A stretch of 64,000 bases of DNA, taken from positions 1-64,000 of the forward strand of contig OZ223266.1 of NCBI GenBank assembly GCA_965140585.1, in the 5' to 3' direction. Numbering within the stretch: position 1 is the first letter of the stretch; each line of letters opens with the position of its first letter. Position numbers and translations under genes: made by a program. The DNA comes from Spirochaetia bacterium (GTDB lineage: Bacteria > Spirochaetota > Spirochaetia > UBA9216). Under the pieces are notes generated by a model. The model was not told the DNA's origin. It saw nothing but the letters and a program-made list of their open reading frames with translations, and ran no database searches. Positions 60,239-64,000 of the stretch are shown here, piece after piece.

Positions 60239-61357
60239 TCAGGGTTGTAGTATACTAATTATTTCCTGAAGAGGGCAGGCTTCAATTATACCGGTTAAAG
60301 GAAATTGTTCCTTAACGGGGTAGATGATGTACAACTTTTCAAGTGAAAGATCGTTTATTGCAATATGCATCGATTTTGTTGTTTTAGGTGCTTCAGAAAA
60401 TTTAAATTCCAGACCGATTTTCTTTCCGTCTTTTTGGAGAAATAAATCAATTTCTGCGCCGCTGTATGTCGACCAGAAATTCGGAACAACGCTCGGTGAA
60501 GTCTTGAGAACCTGTTCCATGGCAAAGCCTTCCCATGAGGCGCGCCAAGGGCCGGATGGCTTAGAAGTGTATTCTTGTCGTTGATTCCCAGTAAGTGATG
60601 CAGCAATCCTGAGTCGGTAAAATAGATTTAGGTGATTTTACCTGACGTTTTTTTAAATTTTCAAACCAGGATTGAAGAGGTCTAATCATGTATGTCGCGC
60701 TTAGTATATCAATATACTATCTGATGGTTTTATCGCTCATACCCATTGAGCCTGCAAGCTGTGAACTGTTAAGCAGCTGACCATTGCTGTGAGCAAGCAT
60801 AGTCCAGAAACGCCGAAGGGCTGTAGATGGAATAATAATTCCCAGCTGCGGAATATCCCTTTCAAGAAAGGTCCGGATGAATCCCTCTCTCCAGGACAGG
60901 CTGTCCTCTTCTGTTTTGGAAAGAAAAGACAGCGGGAATCCGCCTCACAGCCAAAGTTGTTCTAAACTGCCTGTTCCTGTTTCAGATAAGTTGAGACCAT
61001 GCAGATCAATGAATTCAATTCTGCCGGCAAGTGATTCTGAAGTCCTTTTAACAAGTGAAGGAGAGGCTCTTCCTATAATCAGAAATCTTCCATTCTCAGC
61101 TGTTTTGTCAGCCAGTACTCTATCTGTATTTCATCTATAATAATCAGTCCGTGGAGATTTGAAAGATAAAGTTCCGGATTCTGCATTTTATCCATGTCTG
61201 TAGGTGATTCCAGATCCAGAAAATGTGATTCGACCTGCTGTGCGATTTCTCTGGCCAGTGTAGTTTTTCCGAACTGACGCGGGCCCAGCAGCGCTGTGAT
61301 TCTGGATCTTTTTAATGCCCGATAACTCTGCTCCTTATATGCAGTCCGCTCAATCAT
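60239..61357 (-). pseudogene. AAA+ ATPase with DUF4143 domain (AAA_14 family), multiply frameshifted
   Basis: GPRQFGKTTL, IIIDEIQ, FLIIG..SP, LAGRI, GGFP, KRQVKSPK/DSGLLH and EIDL..GLEFK are spread over several frames. Confidence 0.85.
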
Positions 61358-61364
61358 ATCTAAT

Positions 61365-61411
61365 ATTATCTTTGAATATTCGGAGTGTTGATCCGGATTT
61401 TCAAGAATAAA
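61365..61411. repeat. 47-bp imperfect palindrome, copy 2; lies immediately upstream of the AAA ATPase start
   Basis: ATTATCTTTGAATATTCGG-agtgttgat-CCGGATTTTCAAGAATAAA, 7 bp from the ATG at 61357. Confidence 0.9.
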
Positions 61412-61429
61412 CATGGCGATGTATTGAAT

Positions 61430-62148
61430 CTATCCTTCAACAGCATTATACAAGCCATCAATATCAAGAATATTGATGGTATTTTTTTAATTTCAACGAA
61501 ACCTTCAGATTCAAGGCTATGCAATTCCTTGCTCAAGGCCGATCGTGAAAGATTGAGATAATTTGCCATTGTTTCCATGTTGTATGAAAAATGATAGGTT
61601 ACAGACTTCCGTTTATTTGCAATCTGGATTAGAAAAAGGCATATACGGTCTCTGGCTTTCTGATACTTTAAAATATAGCCGTGATATATGAAATATTCAG
61701 ATTTCATTCCGAAATATTTGAGTACGGCATCTTTTAGGGGGCTTAGAATATCCATAAGTTCAACAAATTTTCTGCCCGGGATACTGATGATGGTTGCGTC
61801 CTTTTCAACCTTGATTAGTGCGGTAAGTCTGCTTCCTGTTACTGTTTCAAGGCATCCGAAAATTTCACCCTCGGCAAAAATATGATGAATAAGTTCTCTT
61901 CCGTCCGGAGTATACTGGACAGATTTTAAAATACCTTCCTGAATAAGCAGAATATTTTCAACAGCTTCATTCTCACTTAGAAGCGTAGTTTTCTGTGAAA
62001 CCTGATGTTTGATCATGTGTGGTTGAAGATAGAAGATAACTGTGTCGAGTATGTCCTTTTGCAGTTCAGAGAATAGCTCGAAGTTTTCAAATCTGCAGTT
62101 GACAAGCATCTTTATCTCCGGGAAATGACAATGTATTTCAGATGACAT
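61430..62148 (-). CDS. Crp/Fnr family transcriptional regulator (probable homopolymer frameshift at the C-terminus)
   Basis: cNMP domain GEIFG and HTH MANYLNLSRSALSKEL. Adding one base to the T7 run at 61482-61488 gives EIKKNTINILDIDGLYNAVEG*. Confidence 0.82.
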
Positions 62149-62276
62149 TTTTATCTTATTTATTTCAAGAATCTCTGAATTTAAGATAAGTGTTGTCTTA
62201 GCATTAACAGCCCTACAAACGATACTATCCTAAAATCCTTCTAAAATCAAATTATTCTCAATCTAAGGAGATATAA

Positions 62277-63029
62277 ATGGCGACAAAAACAAAATTTGTT
62301 GGCTGGCCAAATTTTGAAGAGATGAAAGAAATTTTCAAGGAACATTTCATTATAGAAAGACGTGAAGACGGTGTTGTTCTTGTTCAGATGCATACACAGG
62401 GAGAATCCCAGCTCTGGAGTATGGAGCTTCATGATGCGATAGGAAAGATGTGGAGATTTCTCGGAACAGACAGAGAAACTGAATGTATTATTTTTACCGG
62501 AACCGGTGAAAACTGGATCAGTGTCTTTGAACCTGAGAGCTGGGCTCCGGAAAAGACAGATCCCGAAGGTACGCGTTATGATCATATGTTTATCGACGGA
62601 CGCAGAATGCTGATTGCACTTGTTCAGGATGTTGAAGTCCCCACCATCGGTGCTCTTGTAGGCAGGGGAGGACATTCTGAACTTGCCCTTATGTGCGACA
62701 TATGTATTATGGCTGAAGATTCTGTAATTTCTGATCCTCACTATATAAGCGGTATAGTTCCGGGCGATGGAATTCACAGCTGCTTTTTTGAGCTAATGGG
62801 CACAAGGTGTGCAGTGTATGCAATGTTCATGAATCAGATGATGGATGCATATACATGCCTTGAGTACAGGATGGTAAGTGAGGTTGTTCCCAGAGACAAA
62901 ATTATAGATCGTGCATACGAAATAGCAGATGTCATTATGGCTCAGCACAGGACAATACGAAGACTTACAACGCAGGTAGCAAGAAGACCCTGGAAACAGA
63001 ACCCTCATATCAAATTGAAATTGAAGTGA
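62277..63029 (+). CDS. Crotonase-fold protein, 6-oxocamphor/beta-diketone hydrolase-like; C-terminus probably replaced by deletion
   Basis: Motifs IFTGTG, VPTIGA, HSELALMCDI and DPH..GIVPGDG; AAGGAG RBS. Confidence 0.78.
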   Translation: MATKTKFVGWPNFEEMKEIFKEHFIIERREDGVVLVQMHTQGESQLWSMELHDAIGKMWRFLGTDRETECIIFTGTGENWISVFEPESWAPEKTDPEGTRYDHMFIDGRRMLIALVQDVEVPTIGALVGRGGHSELALMCDICIMAEDSVISDPHYISGIVPGDGIHSCFFELMGTRCAVYAMFMNQMMDAYTCLEYRMVSEVVPRDKIIDRAYEIADVIMAQHRTIRRLTTQVARRPWKQNPHIKLKLK

Positions 63030-64000
63030 ATATAAAAAACTCTACCCTAACAATATCTGATAACGGCCTTGGCCTGGATTCTGATGAAGTAAATCGTTAT
63101 ATTAATCAGATTGCCTTTTCCGGGGCTTCCGATTTCCTTAATAAATTTAAAGAATGTCCGGATGAACAGCAGGTAATAGGACACTTCGGCCTTGGGTTCT
63201 ATTCATCATTCATGGTCGCAGATAAAGTGAGTATAAACAGTCTCTCATATAAAGATAATTCAGAAGGAATCTTTTGGGAATGTGACACCAGTATGAACTA
63301 TTCAATGAAAAAAGGTTCACGGTGCTGGACAGGAACCGATGTGATTCTACATCTTTCACCTTCATCTGAATATCTAAACCCTGTGCTGCTTGAAAAAACA
63401 GTAAAAAAATATTTCCGATTTTTCCCCGTACCTATTTGTATTAATTATATCAGCGAAACCGATGATAAATATCATGAATACGGAAGCCGGGTAATTAATG
63501 ATATTGAACCCCTGTGGAACAGAAAACCGGAATATTGTTCAAGAGATGATTATTTGAATTTCTATCAGACTGTATTTGGAAAAAGTTCAAATCCTGTCCT
63601 CTGGATTCACTTGTATAAACCCGATATCGGCGTACGGGGGATCGTTTATTTCAGAGACAGAGATAGTATGGAAAGATCGCTTGATGGAACCATGCTCCTG
63701 TATAGTAATCAAGTCTTCATAAATGATTCGGCAAAGGGCATTATCCCTGAGTTTCTGTTTTTTCAGGATGGAATAATCGACTGTCAGAATATACCCCTGA
63801 TAGTCTCAAGAACTGATCTGCAGCAGGATGAATCCGTTTCCGTAATTGCAAAATATATAACAGAGCAAATTGCTTTTAAAATCTACGCTACCTTCGAGCA
63901 GGAAAGAGATTATTATGAACGCATATGGGAAGATCTAAATCCTTTTATTAAATTCAGCTGTCTAAAGGATAAGTATTTCAGCAGCTTTGCAGATAAAGCT
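62999..64000 (+). pseudogene. htpG: HtpG (Hsp90)-like chaperone lacking its N-terminus; continues off the window
   Basis: Open frame, absent from the ORF track, reading TLTISDNGLG..EVNRYINQIAFSGA..IGHFGLGFYSSFMVADKV..GTDVILHL..PLW..LYSNQVF..IPLIVSR. No HtpG-like sequence upstream of about 62999. Confidence 0.85.

Noticed and set aside
62189-62212. Crp/Fnr binding site TGTT...AACA between the Crp/Fnr and crotonase genes
   Set aside because: The symmetry is too weak and the spacing is non-canonical.
1-64000. CRISPR arrays, tRNA/rRNA genes, transposases, integrases and prophage genes
   Set aside because: None were recognised by eye. The 47-bp palindrome occurs only twice, 5.2 kb apart, and is not an array. 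Covariance-model and HMM scans were not run.

Overview
64 kb of an AT-rich anaerobic/fermentative bacterium, most likely a free-living-type spirochete (Spirochaetia). This assignment is an inference from several binding proteins with the 'AGGQQE'-type N-terminus. No rRNA, tRNA, CRISPR array or transposase was recognised. From left to right the window holds: the 3' end of a Tyr/Ser-rich surface protein; a frameshifted PAS/HisKA_2 kinase; an aminopeptidase; rbsK; a glycine-betaine ABC transporter; a MerR-linked, doubly flavinylated extracytosolic reductase; a complete four-gene chaperone-usher pilus operon; a 6-deoxyhexose locus (fucI, rhaM-family mutarotase, sugar ABC, two LacI) containing three intact UroD/MtaA-fold genes plus a relic of a fourth; a 10-gene sigma54-dependent catabolic operon (dehydrogenase, RraA, TctCBA, MBL-fold hydrolase, amidohydrolase, 2-oxoacid:ferredoxin oxidoreductase, SucD-like dehydrogenase) with its PrpR-type activator; a partly decayed gluconate/mannonate locus (pgl, PfkB, gnd, LarA-family epimerase); a Moco-riboswitch-led type II ABC transporter with DUF364, bracketed by a duplicated 47-bp palindrome; and a Crp/Fnr plus crotonase pair fused by deletion to a decapitated htpG paralogue. 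Several regions are 'telescoped' pseudo-operons with internal deletions. All family assignments come from motif recognition by eye, not from database searches.
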